Positions 45,977 to 57,868 of a stretch of 64,000 nt of DNA are shown here, piece after piece. Within the stretch, counting starts at the first letter, position 1. Each line of letters begins with the position of its first letter. A program made the translations under genes and the position numbers. The DNA is from Eukaryota sp. TZLM1-RC (lineage: Eukaryota; Protista; Metamonada: BaSk clade): NCBI GenBank assembly GCA_040285825.1, contig JAUPSS010000007.1:1140501-1204500 (forward strand), in the 5' to 3' direction. The notes below the pieces were generated by a model. That model had not been told where the DNA came from, ran no database searches, and saw nothing but the letters and a program-made list of their open reading frames with translations.

Positions 45977-46624
45977 TTTTTTTTTTGGACTTTTTTTATT
46001 AAATGAGCTAAATACTACGACAATTCAGAAATTCCTCATCCAACTACTCCACTACTAGTAGTCAATACTCCAAAAAGACACTGAACAACCAGCACAAAAC
46101 CAAAAAGTACATGATTGACATTACTAAGCGGCCGTCTGGCATGCTCCAAGAGCGTTTTAAAGGCGACAGCAAGCTTTTCATCACACATACGATTATTTGA
46201 ACCAGCAACAACATCCAATAAGAAGGGTGAGAATTCTATCTCAAGAACAACTATCCAAACCTTCAGTAAACAGATCACAAACTTTCTGCTTCCATTACTA
46301 AGCGGCCGTCTGAGAAGCTCCAAGAGCGGTTTAAAGGCGACAGCAAGCTTTTCATGAGAAGAGAAATGCGAACATCTGCTGATGGTCAAGTCAAATTGAA
46401 CAAGAAACAAAATGCTTGTGAGAAGGGAACTAATTTGTCTCCAAATTGATGTTTCAAAGGATGATGTTATCAGTGGAAGAACATTCAGTAGAGTCAACAA
46501 AGAAGGGGGAGACAACGTAGAGCAGTATGGAATAATTGTTAAGAAAACAATAGGAGGGCCTGGACCGTGAAAAGGGAGGTTTTCAACAATCATGATGGAG
46601 AGGAAGGCAGTTTGATGCGGAAGG
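45977..46624 (-). mobile_element. Poly(A) retrocopy or non-autonomous retroposon carrying an orphan 185-aa ORF (46036-46593), 12-bp TSD
   Basis: TSD GGTCAGCTCATT at 45965-45976 and 46625-46636; AATAAA plus poly(A); empty site at 41243-41254. Confidence 0.9.
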
Positions 46625-49270
46625 GGTCAGCTCATTAATTTGAATCGTTTATTTAATTGCAAATTTTATATATTATTTATTTTCTACGAAGAAACAAAAC
46701 AAAACAAAACAAAACAAACTAAAACACATAAGAAACAAAATTCTCCACGCCAACTCTTGATGAATCCTTATACAACTTGGACATCATTAAATTTAAGTAC
46801 TTGGGAACACTTCTGTACAAAGCAAAAGTGATACGATTCTTCCATAAATTCCCTGCAAAATTCTTACCACTTGAACGAGATAAATTACCACAATCATTGA
46901 GAAAATTCAAGACAGACTGTGCCAATGTTACCAAAAATCGAAAAGGCAAAAGGAACAAACGAAAACTCCGAGTAAAGATTCTTATTTAAATCATTTAATA
47001 TCTAATATTTAGATGGAAGCTTCATTTTATTGGATGTAATGTCTGTTGATCCTTGTAATGCTTCAAATGAAAGGCTTGTTAATTCTGAAATTCATAATTC
47101 TCTTTCAAATGCTGAAAATTTCAAATTCAGAAAATACAGTGAACCTTTGTCCAAATTGGCCAGTCTACAGCATGCAAAATACAAGTGTTAATATGTGTTT
47201 TCCCTTTTTGGTTCACTTGCACCAACGGCTTAAAAGGGAAAATACAAATGGATACAAATTGTATTTTGCATGCTGTAGACTGCCAATTTGGACAAAGGTT
47301 CATTGTATTTTTGAATTTAAAATTTTCAGCATTTGAAAGGGGATTATGAATTTCAGAATTAACAAGCCTTTCATTTGAGGCATTACAAGGATCAACAGAC
47401 ATTACATCCAATAAAATGAAACTTCCATCTAATCCAGGTAATATAACATCACCTCTATTATTCTTATGAAAATCATCTTCAGCATCAAACAGATTTGACA
47501 ACAGAGGTTCCAAGAAGGATTCAATTCTATGAGATTTACACATACAATATAACTGGTCTCTTACAGCATCATGAACCTTGCTTCTAAAAGTAATAAAATG
47601 TTTACAATTTAACAAATGAGTAGTTGTAATTTCTCGAGAACATTTACAAATTAAATTATGAGGTAAATTATCAGGCCAGATAAAGGAACGAAATCTCATA
47701 TTCAGAGTCCAAGCAGAATCGGATAAGAGAGTACCATAAACTTGTGGAATTGTTGTTACTAAGGCAGAAGAAGTACTGTCACACATATCTTGTAAAAAGA
47801 TTTGCAAAAGCGGGATTCTTTTTCTTGGCCAAGCCAAGTCTAACATCAAAATCCAAGCTTTCAAAAATCTTTGACAATTTTTGTTGAAGCTTTTTACAGC
47901 AAAACTGTAAATTAAAAAAGAGATCGGTTTGGAATTTCTTGAATTGATTGAGGAAAACATTTGGTCCAAATTTGTGGCGGCAATTTTTCAAGTTCACAAG
48001 ATAACTCATACAAATAGGGACTACAATTGGGAACTAACAGATGAGAATCATCAGGAAATCTACGAGAAAATTCATAAATAAAATTTTTGCCACCACCCAA
48101 GAATGCTGATTGACACAAAATTGAAGACTTAGTAAATCCAATACCACCCAAATTTGCTGAAGAAAATAAATGGCTTTTTCAACAAAAAGGGGGATACTTC
48201 GGATTGAGCATTTTTCAAGGCATTTTTCTTGCAAACATCCACTGTTACGACATCAACAACATTCATGACATCATCAAACGAGGGCACAACAACATCAGCA
48301 CGTCGTTTTCCATATTCTGAATCTCTTACGCTTTCATTTATATCAAGAGACCTCAGCAAAGGTTCTACAAAAGATTCAATATGATAGGAATTACACATTG
48401 CATGGATTTGATCTCTGACTGCATCATGCAACGTGGATCGATTGGAAATAAATCTATTACAATTAAATAAATGTGATAATGTCAAACCAGCTCCACATTT
48501 GCAAAACGAATCATTGGACAAATTACAAGGCCATAAATAACAACGCATTCACATAGCAGCGGTCCATTGGTCGTCATTCAAAAATAGGCCATAAATCTGG
48601 GGAATTTGATTTATCAAAACTGCAGATGAACTGTCCTTCAAATCAAAAGATTGGCAAAAGCAGGATTTTCTTTCTTAGCCGTGCTAAGTCGAACAATAAA
48701 ATCCTTGCTTTCAAATTTTTTCAAAAGATGTCGTTGGAGCTTTTTCAACGCAAATTTTAATGAATACAAACTTCTGTCTGGAATTTCTTGAATGGATATG
48801 GGGAAACATGATTGCCATAAGTCGGGAGATAAACTGGAAATTTCTTCTCTTAAGTTATCGAGGAATAGGCTATTTGTAGTTTAAGAAGATTTTCGGCAAA
48901 AGGATATCTTCTGGAGAATTCAAATACAATTGAACCGTTAGTACGTAAGCTATCTCCAGATCAAACTGACGAGTCCTTTGGTAAAAGAAGGGCAGCTTCA
49001 GTAGCTCCAGGGATCGATGGTGTTCTCAACGTTGTGTATGCTGTAAAATAATTTTTCAATGTAGAATTTGAGAAAAGGTGATTTTTAAGTGTTAACAATT
49101 GCGTTTGAATAAAAAAGTATTAAATAAAAAATTGTTTCATTTCTCAGATTCCAAATGTTTACGATCTATTGTTAAATAACCATCAATGGACAACTTCCTT
49201 AAAAATGAGGTGTTTTCTGTGGCCATACAATGTGCCAAATGATTTCATTTATCGTTGTGGTCAGCTCATT

Positions 49271-49918
49271 TTTTTTTTTTGGACTTTTTTTATTAAATGA
49301 GCTAAATACTACGACAATTCAGAAATTCCTCATCCAACTACTCCACTACTAGTAGTCAATACTCCAAAAAGACACTGAACAACCAGCACAAAACCAAAAA
49401 GTACATGATTGACATTACTAAGCGGCCGTCTGGCATGCTCCAAGAGCGTTTTAAAGGCGACAGCAAGCTTTTCATCACACATACGATTATTTGAACCAGC
49501 AACAACATCCAATAAGAAGGGTGAGAATTCTATCTCAAGAACAACTATCCAAACCTTCAGTAAACAGATCACAAACTTTCTGCTTCCATTACTAAGCGGC
49601 CGTCTGAGAAGCTCCAAGAGCGGTTTAAAGGCGACAGCAAGCTTTTCATGAGAAGAGAAATGCGAACATCTGCTGATGGTCAAGTCAAATTGAACAAGAA
49701 ACAAAATGCTTGTGAGAAGGGAACTAATTTGTCTCCAAATTGATGTTTCAAAGGATGATGTTATCAGTGGAAGAACATTCAGTAGAGTCAACAAAGAAGG
49801 GGGAGACAACGTAGAGCAGTATGGAATAATTGTTAAGAAAACAATAGGAGGGCCTGGACCGTGAAAAGGGAGGTTTTCAACAATCATGATGGAGAGGAAG
49901 GCAGTTTGATGCGGAAGG
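49271..49918 (-). mobile_element. Second copy of the retrocopy (duplicated with the tandem unit)
   Basis: TSD at 49259-49270 and 49919-49930; same ORF at 49330-49887. Confidence 0.9.
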
Positions 49919-51481
49919 GGTCAGCTCATTAATTTGAATCGTTTATTTAATTGCAAATTTTATATATTATTTATTTTCTACGAAGAAACAAAACAAAACA
50001 AAACAAAACAAACTAAAACACATAAGAAACAAAATTCTCCACGCCAACTCTTGATGAATCCTTATACAACTTGGACATCATTAAATTTAAGTACTTGGGA
50101 ACACTTCTGTACAAAGCAAAAGTGATACGATTCTTCCATAAATTCCCTGCAAAATTCTTACCACTTGAACGAGATAAATTACCACAATCATTGAGAAAAT
50201 TCAAGACAGACTGTGCCAATGTTACCAAAAATCGAAAAGGCAAAAGGAACAAACGAAAACTCCGAGTAAAGATTCTTATTTAAATCATTTAATATCTAAT
50301 ATTTAGATGGAAGCTTCATTTTATTGGATGTAATGTCTGTTGATCCTTGTAATGCTTCAAATGAAAGGCTTGTTAATTCTGAAATTCATAATTCTCTTTC
50401 AAATGCTGAAAATTTCAAATTCAGAAAATACAGTGAACCTTTGTCCAAATTGGCCAGTCTACAGCATGCAAAATACAAGTGTTAATATGTGTTTTCCCTT
50501 TTTGGTTCACTTGCACCAACGGCTTAAAAGGGAAAATACAAATGGATACAAATTGTATTTTGCATGCTGTAGACTGGCCAATTTGGACAAAGGTTCATTG
50601 TATTTTTTGAATTTAAAATTTTCAGCATTTGAAAGGGGATTATGAATTTCAGAATTAACAAGCCTTTCATTTGAGGCATTACAAGGATCAACAGACATTA
50701 CATCCAATAAAATGAAACTTCCATCTAATCCAGGTAATATAACATCACCTCTATTATTCTTATGAAAATCATCTTCAGCATCAAACAGATTTGACAACAG
50801 AGGTTCCAAGAAGGATTCAATTCTATGAGATTTACACATACAATATAACTGGTCTCTTACAGCATCATGAACCTTGCTTCTAAAAAGTAATAAAATGTTT
50901 ACAATTTAACAAATGAGTAGTTGTAATTTCTCGAGAACATTTACAAATTAAATTATGAGGTAAATTATCAGGCCAGATAAAGGAACGAAATCTCATATTC
51001 AGAGTCCAAGCAGAATCGGATAAGAGAGTACCATAAACTTGTGGAATTGTTGTTACTAAGGCAGAAGAAGTACTGTCACACATATCTTGTAAAAAGATTT
51101 GCAAAAGCGGGATTCTTTTTCTTGGCCAAGCCAAGTCTAACATCAAAATCCAAGCTTTCAAAAATCTTTGACAATTTTTGTTGAAGCTTTTACAGCAAAA
51201 CTGTAAATTAAAAAGAGATCGGTTTGGAATTTCTTGAATTGATTGAGGAAAACATTTGGTCCAAATTTGTGGCGGCAATTTTTCAAGTTCACAAGATAAC
51301 TCATACAAATAGGGACTACAATTGGGAACTAACAGATGAGAATCATCAGGAAATCTACGAGAAAATTCATAAATAAAATTTTTGCCACCACCCAAGAATG
51401 CTGATTGACACAAAATTGAAGACTTAGTAAATCCAATACCACCCAAATTTGCTGAAGAAAATAAATGGCTTTTCAACAAAA

Positions 51482-54400
51482 AGGGGGGATACTTCGGATT
51501 GAGCATTTTTCAAGGCATTTTTCTTGCAAACATCCACTGTTACGACATCAACAACATTCATGACATCATCAAACGAGGGCACAACAACATCAGCACGTCG
51601 TTTTCCATATTCTGAATCTCTTACGCTTTCATTTATATCAAGAGACCTCAGCAAAGGTTCTACAAAAGATTCAATATGATAGGAATTACACATTGCATGG
51701 ATTTGATCTCTGACTGCATCATGCAACGTGGATCGATTGGAAATAAATCTATTACAATTAAATAAATGTGATAATGTCAAACCAGCTCCACATTTGCAAA
51801 ACAAATCATTGGGCAAATTACAAGGCCATAAATAACAACGCATTCTCATAGCAGTGGTCCATTGGTCGTCATTCAAAAGTAGGCCATAAATTTGGGGAAT
51901 TTGATTTATCAAAACTGCAGATGAACTGTCCTTCAAATCAATCAAAAAATTTGCAAAAGCAGGATTTTCTTTCTTAGCCGTGCTAAGTCGAACAATAAAA
52001 TCCTTGCTTTCAAATTTTTTCAAGAGATGTCGTTGGAGCTTTTTCAACGCAAATTTTAAAGAATACAAACTTCTGTCTGGAATTTCTTGAATGGATATGG
52101 GGAAACATGATTGCCATAAGTCGGGAGATAAACTGGATATTTCTTCTCTTAAGTTATCGAGGAATAGGCTATTTGTAGTTTCAAGAAGATTTTCGGCAAA
52201 AGAATATCTTCTAGAGAATTCAAATACAAAATTTTTTCCACCACCAATAAATGCAGCTTTGGTCAAATATTTTGATGAATTGAATCCAACACCGCCAAGT
52301 TGAACATCAGAAAAAATATGATTTTTCAAAATTGATGGATCAACAGACATTAAATAAGCCAAAAATTGGGTACGTATTTTGTTAAATTGTCTACAAAAAT
52401 TGTAAGTTAGGGATGGAGGTAATGATCTCAGTAAATGAGTAATTTTTCCAGCATAACAAATTTTCAAAAGAAAAAACTTAAGATGTTTTTCCAATTCAAG
52501 GGTCTTTATGACTTCTAGCTCTTTTTTAATTGAATTTAAATAGTTTTCAAGGCTATCAAGTGTCTCTTCGGCGGAACCTAAATAGCAACCAAGAAAGCAG
52601 AAACTAGTTGAAGTATAATCAATATATGGAACTTGGGGAATTGTTGTTACTAAGGCAGAAGAAGTACTGTCACACATATCTTGTAAAAGATTTGCAAAAG
52701 CGGGATTCTTTTTCTTGGCCAAGCCAAGTCTAACATCAAAATCCAAGCTTTCAAAAATCTTTGACAATTTTTTTTGAAGCTTTGAACAGCAAAACTGTAA
52801 ATTAAATAGAGATCGGTTTGGAATTTCTTGAATTGATTGAGGAAAACATTTGGTCCAAATTTGTGGTGGCAATTTTTCAAGTTCACAAGATAACTCATGC
52901 AAATATGGACTACAACTGGGAACTAACAGATGAGAATCATCAGGAAATCTACGAGAAAATTCATAAATAAAATTTTTGCCACCACCCAAGAATGCTGATT
53001 GCCACAAAGTTGAAGATTTAGATCTCCCTGCTTCACTCAAGAAGATGATTTAAGACCAAATGAATTAAATATTAAATCTGATTCTTTTCCATAAAAATGG
53101 TAGAAAAAACTCGATAGCTCAGGAAAATCAGATTTAATTATTTCAAAAATTGCTTCTCGCTTTACAGAATTAAAAGCATTTTTAAAGTCAAGATTAAAAA
53201 TAAAGTTATTTTCCTCTACATTAAAAAAAGTATCAGAGGCAATAACAGCAACAGAAGCACCATCAATTGTTTTGATTCCAATTGATGAGGATTCAAAAAT
53301 GTAGAAGCTTTGTCTTTGACACGATCGAAGTCAATTGATGCCACCAAACGAGATAGAGATTCACCAACAGCAATTGGGCGTATTCCATCAGGTTTAATTC
53401 CATTACCAGGCTTTACTAAAGCAATCAGACGTGCAGCAAGTAATTCAGACGGGGAATTAATTTTCAAAACAATTAATCGTTGAAAATAATGGGCTAAATC
53501 ATCAGCAATTTCGGGAGCACTGGAACACGCTATTTTTAACAGATCAAAAGAAATTCCAGATGGGCCTGCTGCTTTCCCCTTTGGTAATTTTTGAATAGCT
53601 TTAAGAACTTCAATTGCAGTAATAGGATTTTCAATCCAAAAAGGACACACTTCAGGCTTGCTGCACTTGAAATTTTCTTGAGGATGCAACTTTTGAAGTT
53701 TTTCAAGGGTGTCAGAGTTTGCATCAGCCAAAGAAGAGGAAAACAAGGATTGCTTTGCGGCACCATAACGACCACGTAAGCACAATTTTCGGCAAATTTT
53801 TGATTTTACAATTTTTCTATTTCCAAATTTTTTTTTAAAACAATTTTTGTTTTTTCGAGCAAAATATTTCCAGAAAGATGAAATATTCATTTATTATTTT
53901 TCAATTCAGACGTAAAATTTCTCATTTCCATTGAGAAGGGAATTGTACTGGCGGGGCTAATTTCTACTGGGACCTGGATCGGGGGTCTTACGGTATCAGC
54001 AGCTTTACAATTGGTACAAAACAGAAGTTTTCGACCATTTCTTGAATCTGTAACATCTTTTTTGCAAAATGGACAACAAAAATTATTGTTTTCAGAAGGG
54101 GAAGAAGAGTGAGCACTAGAAGCATTAAAATGTTGATCGTCAGAAACATTATTTTCAGCACCTTTCACATCGGCATCAGCTGGAACAGAACATTCGAGAA
54201 TTTGTTGAGCAGATTTTAATTCAATTTCTCTTTTTTGTTTTTCAGGGCATGTTCTCGAATTAGGACCACTGATACCACAGATCGAACATTTTTTAGAACT
54301 TTTCAATGGCAATGGTTTCATTTTTTCAGTTATTTCTATTTTGTCAATTTGTGAGTTAAAAGTAGAAATAGACTTTTGACTTTTTGCAGTTTCAGCTGGA

Positions 54401-56062
54401 GAAAACAAATTTCGAGAAACGGAGTTGTTAATAGAACGCGCAACAGACCGCAAGGAACGTAATGGTGGTTTTTGTGTGTTTTTTCTGGTACAATGATCAG
54501 TTTTTGAATGAAAATTTTTTTGAGATGAATTTCGAGCATAGCTTGTATTGTGGGGAGAGTGGAGAAGTGAAGAAGATGAGCTTGATTTGACTGGTAGAAT
54601 CTTTACTCGGGCGTTCCAATCAGTATCAGAGTCACTATCAGCCAATGGCATCGTTTTGACAGAGAAACAGTACGACTTTGACGCCTTGACAGAAAGTGAA
54701 ATATAATAGGGTTGACTAAGGGAGGGAGAAAAAAAATTTTGATGTTAGACTTGGCTTGGCCAAGAAAAAGAATCCCGGTTTTGCAAAACTTTTACAAGAT
54801 AAGTGTGATAGTACTTCTTCTGCCTTAGTAACAACAATTCCTCAAGTGTATGGTACTCTCTTAACTGATTCTGCTTGGACTTTGAATATGAGATTTCGTC
54901 GATTTATCTGGCCTGTTAATTTACCTCATAATTTAATTTGTATATGTTCTCGAAAAATTACAATTACTCATTTGTTAAATTGTAAACATTTTATTACTTT
55001 TAGAAGCAAGGTTCACGATGCTGTAAGAGCCCAATTATATTGTATGTGTAAGTCTCATAGAATTGAATCCTTTTTGGAGCCTCTGTTGTCAAGTCTGTTT
55101 GATACTGAAGATGATTTTCATAAGAATAATAGAGGTGATGTCATATTACCTGGATTAGATGGAACCTTCATTTTATTGGATGTAATGTCTGTTCATCCTT
55201 GTAATGCCTCAAATGAAAGACTTGTTAATTCTGAAATTCATAATCCTCTTTCAAATGCTGAAAATTTCAAATTCAAAAAATACAATGAACCTTTGTCCAA
55301 ATTGGCCAGTCTACAGCATGCAAAATACAATTTGTATCCATTTGTATTTTCCCTTTTTGGTTCACTTGCACCAACTGCTTTACGTTTTTTGGAAGATTTT
55401 GAAATGATTGTAAAGAGAAGAACTGGCAGAAATTTCAACAGATTGTTTTGGCAAAATAGAATTGTGTTTTCTATTTTTAAGGGGATGTTGAAGATGGTTT
55501 CTGATGCTTTGCTTTCTCTTGGATCTCACTATGAGAGAGTTGCATCTAGTGTTTTTGTTTTGGGAGAGATGGATTTTTTAGATGTTGATTTATAGGTTTT
55601 GAATAAAATTAAAATTTTGGTAAAAATATATGGAACTTCGAGGGAATTAATTATTAACTTAACATTTTTCCTAGAAATACAAAAACATTTTTGAACATTC
55701 AACTCAAGACCTATGGATTGGTATAATGTAGCAGCTTCATTAGCAACCCTATTAATTGTACTTTCTGGACCAATACAAGAAATGTCATCCATGTAGGCTA
55801 CCACTTGAAGGTCAGAATTTTCTTCTTTTAATTTTTTCAAGATTGGGTGAATTGCAAGACAAAAAAAGAAAGGACCTCAAGGGTCTCCTTGTTTAACTCC
55901 TGATAAAGAATCAAGATTAAAGGAATTAAAAATTAAATCAGATGAATTACCATAAAACCTATAAAAAAAGGTTTCGAGTTCAGGAAATTTTGATTTGAGT
56001 TCTTTCCAAATTGAATCTCTTTTCACTGAATTGAAAGCATTTTTGAAATCAAGATTAAAAAT
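51482..56062 (-). mobile_element. Family B element (51482-52634 plus 55625-56062) interrupted by a composite family A insertion
   Basis: B reading ..INSLEVPYI|DYTSTSF.. is continuous across the insertion. Confidence 0.88.
52635..55624. mobile_element. 5'-inverted composite family A insertion, 14-bp TSD
   Basis: TSD AATATATGGAACTT at 52621-52634 and 55625-55638; minus-strand A at 52635-54736 including the 5' end and ATG 54651; plus-strand A 3' end at 54737-55624. Confidence 0.85.
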
Positions 56063-56069
56063 GCAACTA

Positions 56070-57860
56070 TTAACGTCACAAACTGATATTTCACATGTTC
56101 CACTCTACATAACTGTGCCAAACATTCTTCATATTTTTTTATCTTCTTTTTTTCGGCGTTAAATAACGGCGAATCAGCGGAATACACTAAACGAGCAGCA
56201 GAATTTTTGCAAACATCAACTGAGACAACATCCACAACATTGAGAACACCATCAATTCCTGGAGTTTGATACTGAAGATGATTTTTGAACTGTAAACATT
56301 TCATCACATTTAGAAGCAAACTAGATAATAACGTCAGGTGATGCCGTTAGGCAGAAATACCAAAGATGAAAAGAAGAAAAGTGAGGTTTATTAATAAAGC
56401 TACTTGTTCTTGAACAAGTGCCACGTCATCATGTGAATTCCTCATCTGTCTGCCAGGTTAGTTTTTCAGTAACAACAACACAGGGACCAAATTTATGTAA
56501 TGTGCAAATCATATCGAGTAGATTCCTTTTTAGAGCCGCTCTTATCAAAATTAATTCTTGATGATTCCAATATTGATAGTACGCGTTTCAACAGAGATTC
56601 TTTGGGTCTGACAAGAGGTGATCTAGTTTTTTTTAATTTTAATTTATTTTCCAAACCACAGTCTAAAAGTCAATATCTTCAAAACAAGCTTCCACACCAT
56701 CAAACCTCACAGCAGCAATGTCTTCGTAGTGTGCACTGACAGACATCAAAGCTTTCGAAATCATTTTAGGAATTAATTTGAAAATAGTAAAAACAATACG
56801 ATTTAGCCACAAGCGACGATCAAAACGCTTATTCATTCTTCTTTTTACAAGATTTTCAAAATCATCAATAAAATTCATAGCAGTTTTTCCAAGACGACCA
56901 TACAACGATATAGCAAATGGGCAAATTTGGTAATCTACATGGCGAACATGTTTCAATTCTTTTAAAGGATTTGCATATTTTTTCCGTTTGTACAATTCGG
57001 AGTCATCAAGGGGGGATACTTCGGATTGTACATTTCTCGAGGCATTTTTCTTGCAAACATCCACTGTAACGACATCAACAACATTCAAGACATCATCAAA
57101 CGAGGGCACAACAACATCAGCACGTCGTTTTCCATATTCTGAATCTCTTACGCTTTCATTTATATCAAGAGACCTCAACAAAGGTTCTACAAATGATTCA
57201 ATATGATAGGAATTACACATTGCATGGATTTGATCTCTGACTGCATCATGCAACGTAGAACGATAAGAAATAAATCTATTACAATTGAATAAATGTGATA
57301 ATGTCAAACCAGCTCCACATTTGCAAAACAAATCTATTTCTATTTTTAAGGGAATGGTGAAACTGATTTCTGATTCACTTTCTTCTTTTGGGAAATTTTC
57401 CGAATTTTTGGCAATTAATTGTTTTGATATAGGGGAGGCAGGTTTTGAGGATGTGGAGTTTTAATTGTGTATTTTATGTCTTCACATTTGTTGTTGAATA
57501 AAATAAAATAGTTTAAAAAAAGTCTAAAAGTCAATATCTTCAAAACAAGCTTCCACAGTATCAAACCTTACAGCAGCAATGTCTTCGTAATGTGCACTGA
57601 CAGACATCAGAGCTTTCGAAATCATTTTAGGAATTGATTTGAAAATGGTAAAAACAATACGATTTAACCACAAGCGACGATCAAAACGCTTATTCATTCT
57701 TCTTTTTACAAGATTTTCAAAATCATTAATAAAATTCATAGCAGTTTTTCCAAGACGACCATATAACGATATAGCAAATGGGCAAATTTGGTAATCTACA
57801 TGGCGAACATGTTTCGATTCTTTCAAAGGATTTGCATATTTTTTTCGTTTGTACAATTCT
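56070..57860. mobile_element. Mixed fragments: E-like (-, ~56070-56262), C (+, ~56280-56625 and ~57334-57520), B (-, ~56626-57333 and ~57522-57860)
   Basis: ORFs 56023-56319, 56500-56739, 56663-57331, 57524-57856 match the respective families. Confidence 0.82.
56339..56480. mobile_element. Solo LTR (142 bp) of a third LTR family
   Basis: TG...CA; TSD CAGG at 56335-56338 and 56481-56484; interrupts the C sequence AACGTCAGG|GACC. Confidence 0.85.
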
Positions 57861-57868
57861 GAGTTTTG

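Larger units (their letters stand above)
40170..51481. repeat. Three tandem copies of a ~3.3-kb mosaic of retroelement fragments
   Basis: Same A|B junction at ~44890, ~48188, ~51482; period 3294 between ORFs 46036 and 49330; copy 1 differs by two insertion polymorphisms. Confidence 0.92.

Noticed and set aside
51424-53040. Novel 538-aa protein or sixth intact family
   Set aside because: Chance in-frame fusion of family A and B pieces at an insertion junction
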